Shown: in pieces, positions 1-9,325 of the stretch
Position numbering within the stretch: position 1 is the first letter of the stretch
How the letters are laid out: each line of letters starts with the position of its first letter
Position numbers and translations under genes: made by a program
Notes under the pieces: model-generated
Database searches by the model: none
What the model was told of the DNA's origin: nothing
Seen by the model: only the letters and a program-made list of their open reading frames with translations
Assembly (NCBI GenBank): GCA_963675495.1
Contig: OY776215.1
Span: 1,984,001 to 2,048,000 of the forward strand
Source of the DNA: an uncultured Methanolobus sp.
GTDB lineage: Archaea; Halobacteriota; Methanosarcinia; Methanosarcinales; Methanosarcinaceae
Direction of reading: 5' to 3'
Length of the DNA stretch: 64,000 bases

Positions 1-2
1 GC

Positions 3-2756
3 AGGACGGTATATTCTGCTACCAGTGATGAACCGGATATCAGCATACCTGTGACACCACAGATGAGCCCTCAGGCAAAGGTCGTGGCTTACATGATAAA
101 CCCAAATAGCGAGGTGTCTGTGGATGTGCTTCCATTCGATGTGGAATTCTCCACACAGGTTGACCTTTCCAGCTCTTTTGACGGTGAGTCAGTTGAGCCA
201 GAGGATAACGTAACGGTTGATTTTGATGCAGGAAGCCAGTCAATGATAGGTTTCTCCATCGTCGATGAGTCTGTCTATGCTCTCAGTGAAGGCAGGCTTA
301 ATCTAAAACAGGTTTTCGATGAGCTGGAAAAGCGCTTCATGGAACCAATGGCAGAATCGCATCCATCCTGGTACATGGAAGGTGCTTATGATACATTGGA
401 AAATGCCGGCATGGTTGTAATGGCATCTCCGGGAATAGAGGTGCCGCGTTCTGAATTGGATGAAGTAAGAGTTGATAATGCCAAATTCGCAGGTTTTGGC
501 ATGGAAGTAGATGCAGCCATGGATGACATGGTAATGGAAGAAGAAGTTGTTGAGGCACCTATGATGGAAGCTATTCCTACAGAGGAAGCTGCCGATGAGG
601 ATATGGCCGAAGGCGGTGAGCTTGCAGAAGTTCAACGTGTGCGCCAGTTCTTCCCTGAAACCTGGGTGTGGATGCCTGAGCTACTCACAGATGATGCCGG
701 TCTTGCAAGCCTTGACCTGACGGCACCGGACAGCATCACCACATGGAGGCTGCATGCAGTTTCATCAGGCTCAGAAGGAATTGGTATTTCAGAATCAAGC
801 CTGACGGTTTTCCAGGACTTTTTTGTTGATCCGGACCTTCCATACTCTGTGACAAGAGGTGAGGAATTCCCTGTGCAGGTGCAGGTCTACAATTATCTTG
901 ATACGAAGCAGGACGTTAAACTCACACTCTCAGGTGCTGACTGGTTTGATATCATCGGTGATGATGTAGAGGAAGTAACTGTTGATGCCAACGGTGTGGG
1001 CTATGCCAGTTTCACAATAAGCCCGACAGAAGTTGGTAAGCACATTGTAGAGATTACAGGCCAGACCACGAAGAGGGCGGATGCGGTCAGAAAGGATATG
1101 ATCGTGGAGGCAGAAGGCGCGACCCGTGAGCTAGTTGACAACGGGGTGCTAAGTAATGGTTCGGTTGAACTTGACACAAGCTTGCCAGAGGGCATAGTTC
1201 CTGATTCTGAAAAAGTTCTTGTGAGCTTTACTCCAAGCATAGTTGCACAAAGCATAAGCGGAGTCGATGACCTGCTGGGTATGCCTTACGGATGCGGTGA
1301 GCAGAACATGATGCTCTTCTCAACTGATGTTGAGGTATTGCGCTATCTCAAGGCAACAGGGCAGGATAATCCGGAGGTTAGGGCGAAGGCTGAGATGTAT
1401 ATAATTACTGGTTACCAGCGTGAATTGACATACCGGCACAGTGATGGCTCTTTCTCAGCATTCGGTGAAAGTGATGAGAGTGGCAGTCTCTGGTTAACAT
1501 CCTTCGTACTATCACAGTTCAGTGCTGCAAGGGATGTGACCACAATTGATGAGAACATTCTCTCTGAAGCGGCGGACTGGGTAGAATCACACCAACAGGA
1601 GGATGGTTCATGGGAGCAGGTCGGCTTTGTGATACACCAGGACATGATGGGTGGTTTGAGCGGTACCTATGCCCTATCGGCATATGTGACCCTTGCACTG
1701 GATGAGTATGGATCTGCAAGTCCTGTTGTCATGGCAAATGCGCAGAAGTACCTTGAGGATAACCTTGGCAGCCAGGATGATCCGTACGCACTTGCAATCG
1801 GGACTCTTGCCCTGCAAAAACTTAACAGCCCATTTGCTGATGAGGCTCTGAACGACCTGCTGGCAATTGCAAAACAGGATGATGATGGCACTTATTGGGG
1901 CTATGGTGACGGAGCAGTCCCATTGCCATACGAGCATGGAGGCTATAGTTACATGGCACCATCAAGCAAGAATGTGGAAACCACTGCATACGCTACACTT
2001 GCTATGATCGAAGCCAAGAACCCCACAGCCATCTCATCATTGAAATGGATATCCGCACAGCGTAATTCCAACGGTGGTTTCTCAAGTACTCAGGATACTG
2101 TTATGGCCTTCAGGGCATTGATGAGTGCAGCAGCATCTGCCGGAAGGGATATCGACGCTACAGTGCATGTGATTGCAGACGGCACCGAAGTTAAGTCAGT
2201 GGAAGTAAACCAGCAGAATTTCGATGTGGTGCAGATAATTGAGATTCCAGAAGGGACATCAGAACTCAAACTTGAAATGGAGGGCACAGGAGACCTGAAC
2301 TACCAGCTTGTCAGGCGCTTCAACGTTATCCTGCCTGATGTCATTGAGCAGAATGAGATAGAGCTTGATGTGCAGTATGATTCCACAGATGTTGCCGTGA
2401 ACGATATCGTTACAGTGAATGCCCGCGTGAAGTACAACGGTATCCGTGGCATTGGTGGCAGCATCACTTCCAGTGGAATGATGATAGTGGACCTCGCGGT
2501 TCCAACAGGTTTCAGTCCAATTTCATCAAGCCTTGAAGTCCTTAAGGAAGAAACCGTGATAACCCGCTACGAAATAGCAGGCAGAAAGGTGATTCTCTAC
2601 ATCGATGACATGCAGCCAGGTGAGGAACTGATCCTTAGTATGCAGGTAAAAGCACTGTTTCCGGTGAAGGCTATTGTTTCGGAGAGCAAGGCTTATTCTT
2701 ACTACAATCCGGAGGTTGTGGCTGAGAGTAAGGGAATGGATATGACAGTTGTTTGA
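3..2756 (+). CDS. Alpha-2-macroglobulin/thioester-containing protein, 5'-truncated by the window edge
   Basis: Frame is open from base 3. Motifs: FPETW, LTAPDSITTW, thioester PYGCGEQNM, DGSFSAFG, VETTAYA, GGFSSTQDT, and a C-terminal receptor-binding-like domain (MMIVDLAVPTGF...YSYYNP). Confidence 0.95.
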   Translation, partial: RTVYSATSDEPDISIPVTPQMSPQAKVVAYMINPNSEVSVDVLPFDVEFSTQVDLSSSFDGESVEPEDNVTVDFDAGSQSMIGFSIVDESVYALSEGRLNLKQVFDELEKRFMEPMAESHPSWYMEGAYDTLENAGMVVMASPGIEVPRSELDEVRVDNAKFAGFGMEVDAAMDDMVMEEEVVEAPMMEAIPTEEAADEDMAEGGELAEVQRVRQFFPETWVWMPELLTDDAGLASLDLTAPDSITTWRLHAVSSGSEGIGISESSLTVFQDFFVDPDLPYSVTRGEEFPVQVQVYNYLDTKQDVKLTLSGADWFDIIGDDVEEVTVDANGVGYASFTISPTEVGKHIVEITGQTTKRADAVRKDMIVEAEGATRELVDNGVLSNGSVELDTSLPEGIVPDSEKVLVSFTPSIVAQSISGVDDLLGMPYGCGEQNMMLFSTDVEVLRYLKATGQDNPEVRAKAEMYIITGYQRELTYRHSDGSFSAFGESDESGSLWLTSFVLSQFSAARDVTTIDENILSEAADWVESHQQEDGSWEQVGFVIHQDMMGGLSGTYALSAYVTLALDEYGSASPVVMANAQKYLEDNLGSQDDPYALAIGTLALQKLNSPFADEALNDLLAIAKQDDDGTYWGYGDGAVPLPYEHGGYSYMAPSSKNVETTAYATLAMIEAKNPTAISSLKWISAQRNSNGGFSSTQDTVMAFRALMSAAASAGRDIDATVHVIADGTEVKSVEVNQQNFDVVQIIEIPEGTSELKLEMEGTGDLNYQLVRRFNVILPDVIEQNEIELDVQYDSTDVAVNDIVTVNARVKYNGIRGIGGSITSSGMMIVDLAVPTGFSPISSSLEVLKEETVITRYEIAGRKVILYIDDMQPGEELILSMQVKALFPVKAIVSESKAYSYYNPEVVAESKGMDMTVV

Positions 2757-2765
2757 ATGAACAAA

Positions 2766-2802
2766 TGAAGGGGTTATGATACCTCTTCAACTTATTTTAT
2801 TT
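2766..2802 (+). terminator. Hairpin plus T-rich tract after the A2M gene
   Basis: TGAAGGGGT...ACCTCTTCA stem followed by TTATTTTATTT. Confidence 0.55.
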
Positions 2803-2869
2803 GGAATTTGATATCTAAGATTTAAAAAGTGATATATATCTTAGTTTTCAACTAATTTATGGTATACTG

Positions 2870-4162
2870 ATGAACATCACACAAATTAAGATCAAGAAAC
2901 TGTTTGATCTATATGACCATGAGATCAAACTGAATTCTAGTGAAAGAATAACTATTATCTATGGACCCAATGGTGTCGGCAAGACTATCATATTGCAGAT
3001 GTTAAGGTCTATTTTCAATACAAAATATGATATCTTCTACAAGGTTCCATTTGAAGAGTTTTCGATCGAGTTTGATAATGGTAATGTGTTATTCCTGAAA
3101 AAAAGGTATAATAAAGACAAAAACCAGGATGAGTTAATTCTTAATTTGAATGGAAATGAGACAACTCAAATTCAGCTCGATTGTATGCCCGATGCAAAAG
3201 CATTTGATAAAATTATACATAATCATCCCAACCTGAAGAAGATAGAAGTAGATGAGTGGCTGGACTTTTCAGATGGGGAAATATTGAATTCCGGGGACGT
3301 TTTGGATCGTTATGATATTCGTTTGCCTGCGCAAAAGAATGGACTTGGTTGGTTTAATGATATCAAAGAGGAAATAAATGTTGATTTCATAGAGACTCAA
3401 AGGCTTATAATACTGAGTAATTCAAGGAAAAAATATCCAACTCCAAAAACATCAATAAAGAAGACAGTTAGTAATTATTCTTCGGAATTGTCTGAAGAAG
3501 TCCAAAGGCAGCTTGCAAAATATGCAACCCTTTCTCAATCGTTAGATAGGTCTTTTCCAATTCGTCTGGCAAAAATGAAAACGGATTTGGATTACACTTA
3601 TCTTGAGCAAGATCTGTCAAAATTAGAGGAAAGAAGAAAAAATCTGATTCAGATCGGGGTTTTGGATGCTGATTACGAATTCGATTATTTGACTGATATC
3701 CCGGAAGTAAATCAGGAAAATGCCCACGTCCTTTCTGTATATATTGAGGATGTTGGGAAAAAACTGGATGTTTTTAATGACCTGACAATGAAATTAGATC
3801 TGTTTGTAAGCATAATTAACAATAGATTCGTGAATAAGCGCCTGTCAGTTAGTAAGGACAAAGGGTTTGTAATTAAAACCTTAAATGAGCGTGAGATCCA
3901 ACCAAGGGATCTTTCTTCCGGTGAGCAGCACGAATTAGTTCTCTATTACGAGCTTTTATTCAAGATCGAACCTGGTTCTCTGATCCTAATTGATGAACCT
4001 GAGATATCACTGCATATCGGATGGCAAAATGAGTTTTTAAATGACCTGATGAAAGTGATAGATCTTGCCGGGTTTGACGTGCTGATAGCGACACATTCTC
4101 CTGACATTATCGGGGACCGCTGGGACTTGACAGTATCATTAGAGGCAAAAGTTGAGAATTAG
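2870..4162 (+). CDS. ABC-type ATPase (AAA_15/AAA_21-like), PARIS AriA-like
   Basis: Walker A GPNGVGKT, signature LSSGEQ, Walker B ILIDEPE, H-loop ATHSP; no transmembrane partner nearby. Confidence 0.85.
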   Translation: MNITQIKIKKLFDLYDHEIKLNSSERITIIYGPNGVGKTIILQMLRSIFNTKYDIFYKVPFEEFSIEFDNGNVLFLKKRYNKDKNQDELILNLNGNETTQIQLDCMPDAKAFDKIIHNHPNLKKIEVDEWLDFSDGEILNSGDVLDRYDIRLPAQKNGLGWFNDIKEEINVDFIETQRLIILSNSRKKYPTPKTSIKKTVSNYSSELSEEVQRQLAKYATLSQSLDRSFPIRLAKMKTDLDYTYLEQDLSKLEERRKNLIQIGVLDADYEFDYLTDIPEVNQENAHVLSVYIEDVGKKLDVFNDLTMKLDLFVSIINNRFVNKRLSVSKDKGFVIKTLNEREIQPRDLSSGEQHELVLYYELLFKIEPGSLILIDEPEISLHIGWQNEFLNDLMKVIDLAGFDVLIATHSPDIIGDRWDLTVSLEAKVEN

Positions 4163-4170
4163 GTGTTTTT

Positions 4171-5028
4171 GTGAGAGAGCAAATTACATCACATCGCATT
4201 GCAAACCAGGTGAGGATGAGGCGTCAGGATCCTCTGAATTCTATTTTGCTTGTTGAGGGACGTACGGACAAAAGGGTATTTACAGATATCATTGACGGGG
4301 ACTATTGCGATATTGTCTATGCTGTCTATAAGGATAAATTGTTAGCTGCTCTATCAATACTGGAAAAGAGCGGGGAAAAAGGAGTTCTTGGAATAGTGGA
4401 TGCAGATTACTGGCATGTGAACCAAATTAGTCCGCAAAGATACAGTAATAATTTGCTTACCACCGATTCACATGACATAGACACAATGATACTGGCGTCA
4501 CAAGCCCTTGAAAAAATGCTCAATGAGTATGCAACGCAGTTCAAATTGCAATCACTTGGAAGGCCTATCCGGGAAATATTGCTTGAAAGCGGTGCTGTTA
4601 TTGGATATATTAGATGGGCTTCCAGAAAATATAATCTGAACATTGGTTTTAAATTCGTGAAGTTCTACAAATTTGTTGATACAAAAAATTTGAATGTCAA
4701 TACCAACAGGCTATACAAAGAACTGAAAACCAAGTCAAATAACAGGAATATGAATGATGCAGTGGTAAAAAAATATATAAATGGTCTGGTAAAATTGAAT
4801 GAAGATCTATGGAATATCTGCCAGGGCCACGATCTGGTTGAGATCTTAACCATTGGTCTTAAAGAGATATTTGGAAATCATGCCAAAGACAATCTGGACT
4901 CCGATATTGTTTCAAAGAATCTGAGACTGGCTTACAATTTATCGAATTTCATCGATACAAAGCTATATACAAGTATCAAAGAATGGGAAGAAGCAAATTC
5001 TGAATTCAGGATCTTATTAAGGTCATAG
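4171..5028 (+). CDS. DUF4435-like TOPRIM nuclease, PARIS AriB-like
   Basis: LLVEGRTD (TOPRIM Glu), GIVDADY (DxD), HDIDTM, CQGHD; 8 bp downstream of the ATPase. Confidence 0.8.
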   Translation: MREQITSHRIANQVRMRRQDPLNSILLVEGRTDKRVFTDIIDGDYCDIVYAVYKDKLLAALSILEKSGEKGVLGIVDADYWHVNQISPQRYSNNLLTTDSHDIDTMILASQALEKMLNEYATQFKLQSLGRPIREILLESGAVIGYIRWASRKYNLNIGFKFVKFYKFVDTKNLNVNTNRLYKELKTKSNNRNMNDAVVKKYINGLVKLNEDLWNICQGHDLVEILTIGLKEIFGNHAKDNLDSDIVSKNLRLAYNLSNFIDTKLYTSIKEWEEANSEFRILLRS

Positions 5029-5060
5029 TTTTTTAATGGTAGTTTTAGGTGTGTGGTGAA

Positions 5061-5657
5061 ATGGATTTCAGATTGATCTTTATAATCGGATTTGCAGGTT
5101 TTGTCGTGACAGTCATCCTGCTGGCAATTATTTTTACTCTTCTCAATGAGAAGAAGCGAGCAAAGAACCTGAATGAACAGGCCAGAGAACTTGGTTTTCA
5201 ACAGGCTTCAAAGGATGTTGTCGAAAACCTTGGTTTTGAACAGACCCGACTTGGTAACAAACAAAAAGTATACAATGTGTTCACTGGTACTTTCAACGGA
5301 CTACCGGTAATTTCCTTTGATTTGAACATCACAATTGGCAACCTGGGCTATGGAACAGGAACATCTCATGGTAACACATTCAAGTCATCTGGTTTCATTT
5401 TTAAGAGAGATGCTCCTGTTTTTGAATTGCAGCCACGCTCTCCTCTCTCCCGAAATACATATAATGAACATTTTTCCCTTAAAGGGGATGACTCTTTTAT
5501 GAACGATATCCTTGCACAAAGCGTAGGGAAAAATTATGCTATTGAATCTATAGGGACACATGTACTTTTCGTTCCTTCGGGAAAACGTATCGTGAATATG
5601 GGTGAAGAACTGAAGGCAGCTTATGAAATATTGCGGGAAATTGCTTCAAAACAGTAG
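5061..5657 (+). CDS. Hypothetical single-pass membrane protein
   Basis: GGTGA RBS before ATG 5061; N-terminal hydrophobic helix followed by basic residues. Confidence 0.7.
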   Translation: MDFRLIFIIGFAGFVVTVILLAIIFTLLNEKKRAKNLNEQARELGFQQASKDVVENLGFEQTRLGNKQKVYNVFTGTFNGLPVISFDLNITIGNLGYGTGTSHGNTFKSSGFIFKRDAPVFELQPRSPLSRNTYNEHFSLKGDDSFMNDILAQSVGKNYAIESIGTHVLFVPSGKRIVNMGEELKAAYEILREIASKQ

Positions 5658-5916
5658 GTATACATTTAATTCAAATCCAAATACTGCTAATTGATTTTTG
5701 GAAGAGTTCAATGAACAAATATCTGAAGATGGTCCTTTTTGGACGAATTGTTTGGTTGGTTACCTGTTGTTCGGTGGATTCACTTGCAATGAAGATAAAG
5801 TGAATTATGAGTTTCAGAAAGGCGGGAATAAGATGATGGGGATTTTCAGGGATCAGCTTCGCTCGTCATGTCTGCTTTTCCTTCTTAAGAATGAAAATGA
5901 TTGAAAAAGATTGTAT

Positions 5917-6405
5917 TTAACCGTTCTTTGATTCCACTCTTGTTAGTACACTTAAGGTCACTGCATTCTCTTCGGCAATTGCACCTTCAATGCGGTCTAC
6001 AAGCAGTCTGAATGCGCTGTCTTTATCCAGTTCAGAGTAATCTCCAATTCCATGGACAAAAAGTTGCTTTTGGGTTTCCAGGTATTGCTCTGTTGACCTA
6101 TAGTTCTTCCACTGTTCTCTATAATGATAGATTCCTTCTAAGGCTATTGCAAGCGCTACTGCAATTCCTATTATCGTTACGGAAAGCTTTGCAATATCCA
6201 CATTCCAATTTACGATTGGCGCGATGATAGATACATTGTTGATGACAGGTATCAAAACAGCTCCAGTTGCCGCGACAACTTGAGTTTGTTGGTACCTTTT
6301 CTTCATTTTCACGGACTTGTTGTCATACCAAGATCTGTATTGCTCGAGTCTGTTCTCCAGATATTGTTCGGCAGTACTTTGAACATCGTCTGTTTCATCA
6401 ACCAT
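5917..6405 (-). CDS. DUF4231/SLATT two-TM domain protein
   Basis: YLENRLEQYRSWYDNKS N-terminal helix, two TM segments, WKNYRSTEQYL, LVDRIEGAIAEE. Confidence 0.8.
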   Translation of the reverse strand: MVDETDDVQSTAEQYLENRLEQYRSWYDNKSVKMKKRYQQTQVVAATGAVLIPVINNVSIIAPIVNWNVDIAKLSVTIIGIAVALAIALEGIYHYREQWKNYRSTEQYLETQKQLFVHGIGDYSELDKDSAFRLLVDRIEGAIAEENAVTLSVLTRVESKNG

Positions 6406-6552
6406 TAATAAAAATTGGAACTGGAAGTACTTAAAAGAATATGTTTCATTAAATTATTTTGTTATTTGGTTCTGGAATATGAATAAAATTGGACTTGAAA
6501 AGTAAATTACCTTTAAATGCACCTTATATTAATTCAAATTTGTTTTCCAATG

Positions 6553-6584
6553 CAAACACAAAAATACTAACAGCCAGATAGTTT
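6553..6584 (+). promoter_or_regulatory. 32-bp element upstream of mutS (copy 1)
   Basis: CAAACACAAAAATACTAACAGCCAGATAGTTT; 30/32 identical to 10643-10674. Confidence 0.7.
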
Positions 6585-6611
6585 GGCAACATAAGTTTTG
6601 TGTGAATTATC

Positions 6612-9272
6612 ATGAGTAAAGTAACCCCTGCCATGCAGCAGTTTTACGCTGCCAAGGAAGAGCATAAGGACGCCCTCATATTCTTCAGGATGGGGGACTT
6701 CTATGAGTCCTTCGGAGAGGACGCGAAGACCATTGCAAAAGAGCTTGAGATAACTCTCACTAGCCGGGGGAAGAGTAAGGATGGGGAGAAGATGCCACTG
6801 GCTGGTATTCCATACCATGCTCTTGATACTTATCTTCCCCGGCTTATCAAAAAAGGATACAAGGTAGCACTCTGTGAGCAGCTTGAGGACCCCAAAAAAG
6901 CGAAAGGTGTTGTGAAAAGAGGAGTCGTAAGAGTTGTAACGCCAGGAACTGCAATGGATTCTTCCATGTTCTCAGATTCCTCTAATAATTATCTAATGGC
7001 GGTATACAAGGAAAAGGATGAATTTGGTATCTCCTTTTTGGATATTTCTACAGGTGAATTCCTGACAACACAGTTCACAGACATTGCTCCTTATAATCGA
7101 ATTATCAGTGAAGCTGCACGCATGGGTCCATCGGAATGTATCATGCCACATTCCTTGCTTGAGGATTCACATCTCACTGGTCGCATGAAGGAACTGAGGA
7201 TCATCGTTCATGATTTTGATGGGGATGCTTTTGATTTCGACAGGGCTGAAAAAGTGCTCAGGGAACACTTCAAGGTATCAACGCTGGAAGGCATGGGTTG
7301 CAGTGAACTCCCATGTGCAGTATCTTCTGCAGGTGCAGCATTACGTTATGCAATGGATACCCAGATGAGAGAATTATCACAGGTGCAGTCCCTCAAGACC
7401 TATTTTGATTCAGAGTTCATGGTGCTGGATGCTATCACTCTGAGGAACCTTGAAATTGTCAGGAACGTACGGGGCGAGGGCAATGACTCCTCACTTATCG
7501 GGGTTCTTGATGATACAAAAACACCTATGGGTAGAAGGCAGCTCCAGAAATGGCTTCTTAAGCCGCTTATCTCGGTCGATGCTATAAACGATCGTCTGGA
7601 TTCGGTTGCATGGCTTCAGGAAAATACTCTCGTTCGTTTTGATATCCGCTCCCACCTATCCTATGTAAAGGATATGGAGCGACTTGTAGGTAGGGTTATG
7701 TATGGTAATTCCAACGCACGGGACCTTGTGGCGCTGAAAAAGTCACTTGAATCAGTTCCTCTTTTACTCGAATCCCTTCGTGAATGTAAAGGTGTGCACC
7801 TGCTGGAGAACCTTGTATCTCAGCTGTCTTCTTTCGGGGAGCTGAATGGGCTTGCTGAGCTGATTGACAGGGCCATTGTAGAAGAACCTCCACTTAGTGT
7901 GAGGGATGGAGGAATGATCAAACCGGAATACAATGAGCAGCTGGATGAGCTGTTCGATCTGTCAAAGAACGGCAAACAGTGGATTGCGAAGTTCCAGCAG
8001 AAGGAGCGTGAAAGGACAGGGATCAAATCCATGAAAGTTGGCTACAACAAAGTCTTCGGTTATTATCTCGAGGTCACAAAAGCCAACATATCCCAGGTCC
8101 CTGATGATTATATCAGAAAGCAGACCATGACCAATGCCGAGCGCTTCTACACCCCTGAACTCAAGGAGCGCGAGAGTGCTATTCTTTCTGCTGATGAGAA
8201 GATGACAGCCCTGGAGTATGAATTGCTCTGTGATATTAATTCAACGGTTGCATCACATTCAAAGCAGTTGCAGGAAACAGCTGGTTTCATTGGCATGCTG
8301 GATGTACTGGCGAACCTTGCTGAAGTGGCTGCCAACAACAATTACGTAAGGCCCTCGATAACCCCTGATTGCAGGCTTCTTATCAGGGATGGCAGACACT
8401 GTGTAGTGGAAAGCACAGTTCCGGGCGGTTTTGTACCAAATGATACGGAAATGGATTGTAGCGAGAACCAGTTCCAGCTGATAACCGGGCCCAACATGGC
8501 CGGTAAGTCCACTTACATGAGACAGATTGCCATGATCGTAATTATGGCACAGGCTGGCTCCTTTGTGCCTGCTTCCCATGCTTCAATAGGTATTGTGGAC
8601 AGGGTGTTCACAAGGGTTGGGGCTTTTGATGACCTTGCAAGCGGGCAGAGTACTTTTATGGTTGAGATGGTGGAGCTTGCCAACATCCTGAACAACGCAA
8701 CCCCGAAAAGTCTGGTGCTGCTGGATGAGATTGGCAGAGGTACCAGTACTTATGACGGTTACAGTATCGCAAAGGCAGTTGTAGAGTACATTCACAACAA
8801 AGGACGTGTAGGTGTAAGGTCACTATTTGCCACACATTACCATCAGCTCACGGATATTGCAGGGAGCCTTAAACGCGTAAGGAATTACCACATTGCTGTG
8901 AAAGAAGATGGCGATGACCTTGTCTTCCTGCGCAAGATAGTGCCCGGTGCAACTGACAGGAGCTATGGTATTCATGTTGCAAGGATTGCAGGTGTCCCAC
9001 ACGCAGTCACCACGCGGGCAAAAGAGATTCTTGAGGATATCGAGGACGAGTGTGTTATTACTGATGATGAACGCAAGAGCAGGAAGAAGCAACGTAGCAG
9101 TGCCAAATATACACAGGTAATACTGTTTGATCAGGAATCATCCTATGGTGAACCTGCCTCTCATCCTGTAATTGGGGAATTGAAAGATATGGACCTGAAT
9201 TCAATGACACCTCTTGAAGCACTTAACATGCTCAGTCAACTAAAAAGCAAACTTCTTGAAGAGGATAAATAA
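6612..9272 (+). CDS. mutS: DNA mismatch repair protein MutS
   Basis: TPAMQQF, FRMGDFYE, ITGPNMAGKSTY, STFMVEM, LLDEIGRGT, FATHYH, SYGIHVA. Confidence 0.98.
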   Translation: MSKVTPAMQQFYAAKEEHKDALIFFRMGDFYESFGEDAKTIAKELEITLTSRGKSKDGEKMPLAGIPYHALDTYLPRLIKKGYKVALCEQLEDPKKAKGVVKRGVVRVVTPGTAMDSSMFSDSSNNYLMAVYKEKDEFGISFLDISTGEFLTTQFTDIAPYNRIISEAARMGPSECIMPHSLLEDSHLTGRMKELRIIVHDFDGDAFDFDRAEKVLREHFKVSTLEGMGCSELPCAVSSAGAALRYAMDTQMRELSQVQSLKTYFDSEFMVLDAITLRNLEIVRNVRGEGNDSSLIGVLDDTKTPMGRRQLQKWLLKPLISVDAINDRLDSVAWLQENTLVRFDIRSHLSYVKDMERLVGRVMYGNSNARDLVALKKSLESVPLLLESLRECKGVHLLENLVSQLSSFGELNGLAELIDRAIVEEPPLSVRDGGMIKPEYNEQLDELFDLSKNGKQWIAKFQQKERERTGIKSMKVGYNKVFGYYLEVTKANISQVPDDYIRKQTMTNAERFYTPELKERESAILSADEKMTALEYELLCDINSTVASHSKQLQETAGFIGMLDVLANLAEVAANNNYVRPSITPDCRLLIRDGRHCVVESTVPGGFVPNDTEMDCSENQFQLITGPNMAGKSTYMRQIAMIVIMAQAGSFVPASHASIGIVDRVFTRVGAFDDLASGQSTFMVEMVELANILNNATPKSLVLLDEIGRGTSTYDGYSIAKAVVEYIHNKGRVGVRSLFATHYHQLTDIAGSLKRVRNYHIAVKEDGDDLVFLRKIVPGATDRSYGIHVARIAGVPHAVTTRAKEILEDIEDECVITDDERKSRKKQRSSAKYTQVILFDQESSYGEPASHPVIGELKDMDLNSMTPLEALNMLSQLKSKLLEEDK

Positions 9273-9325
9273 GCGAAAGGGTGCACAGCGCACATTCAAT
9301 GTTCTATTCTATTTTCATTTGTGCT

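Noticed and set aside
4160-4173. Pyrrolysine readthrough fusing the ATPase and TOPRIM genes
   Set aside because: The TAG is followed by an 8-nt gap, so the genes are out of frame; readthrough meets TGA after three codons.
5698-5904. 68-aa ORF in the defence island
   Set aside because: TTG start, no RBS and no recognisable motif; at most a remnant.
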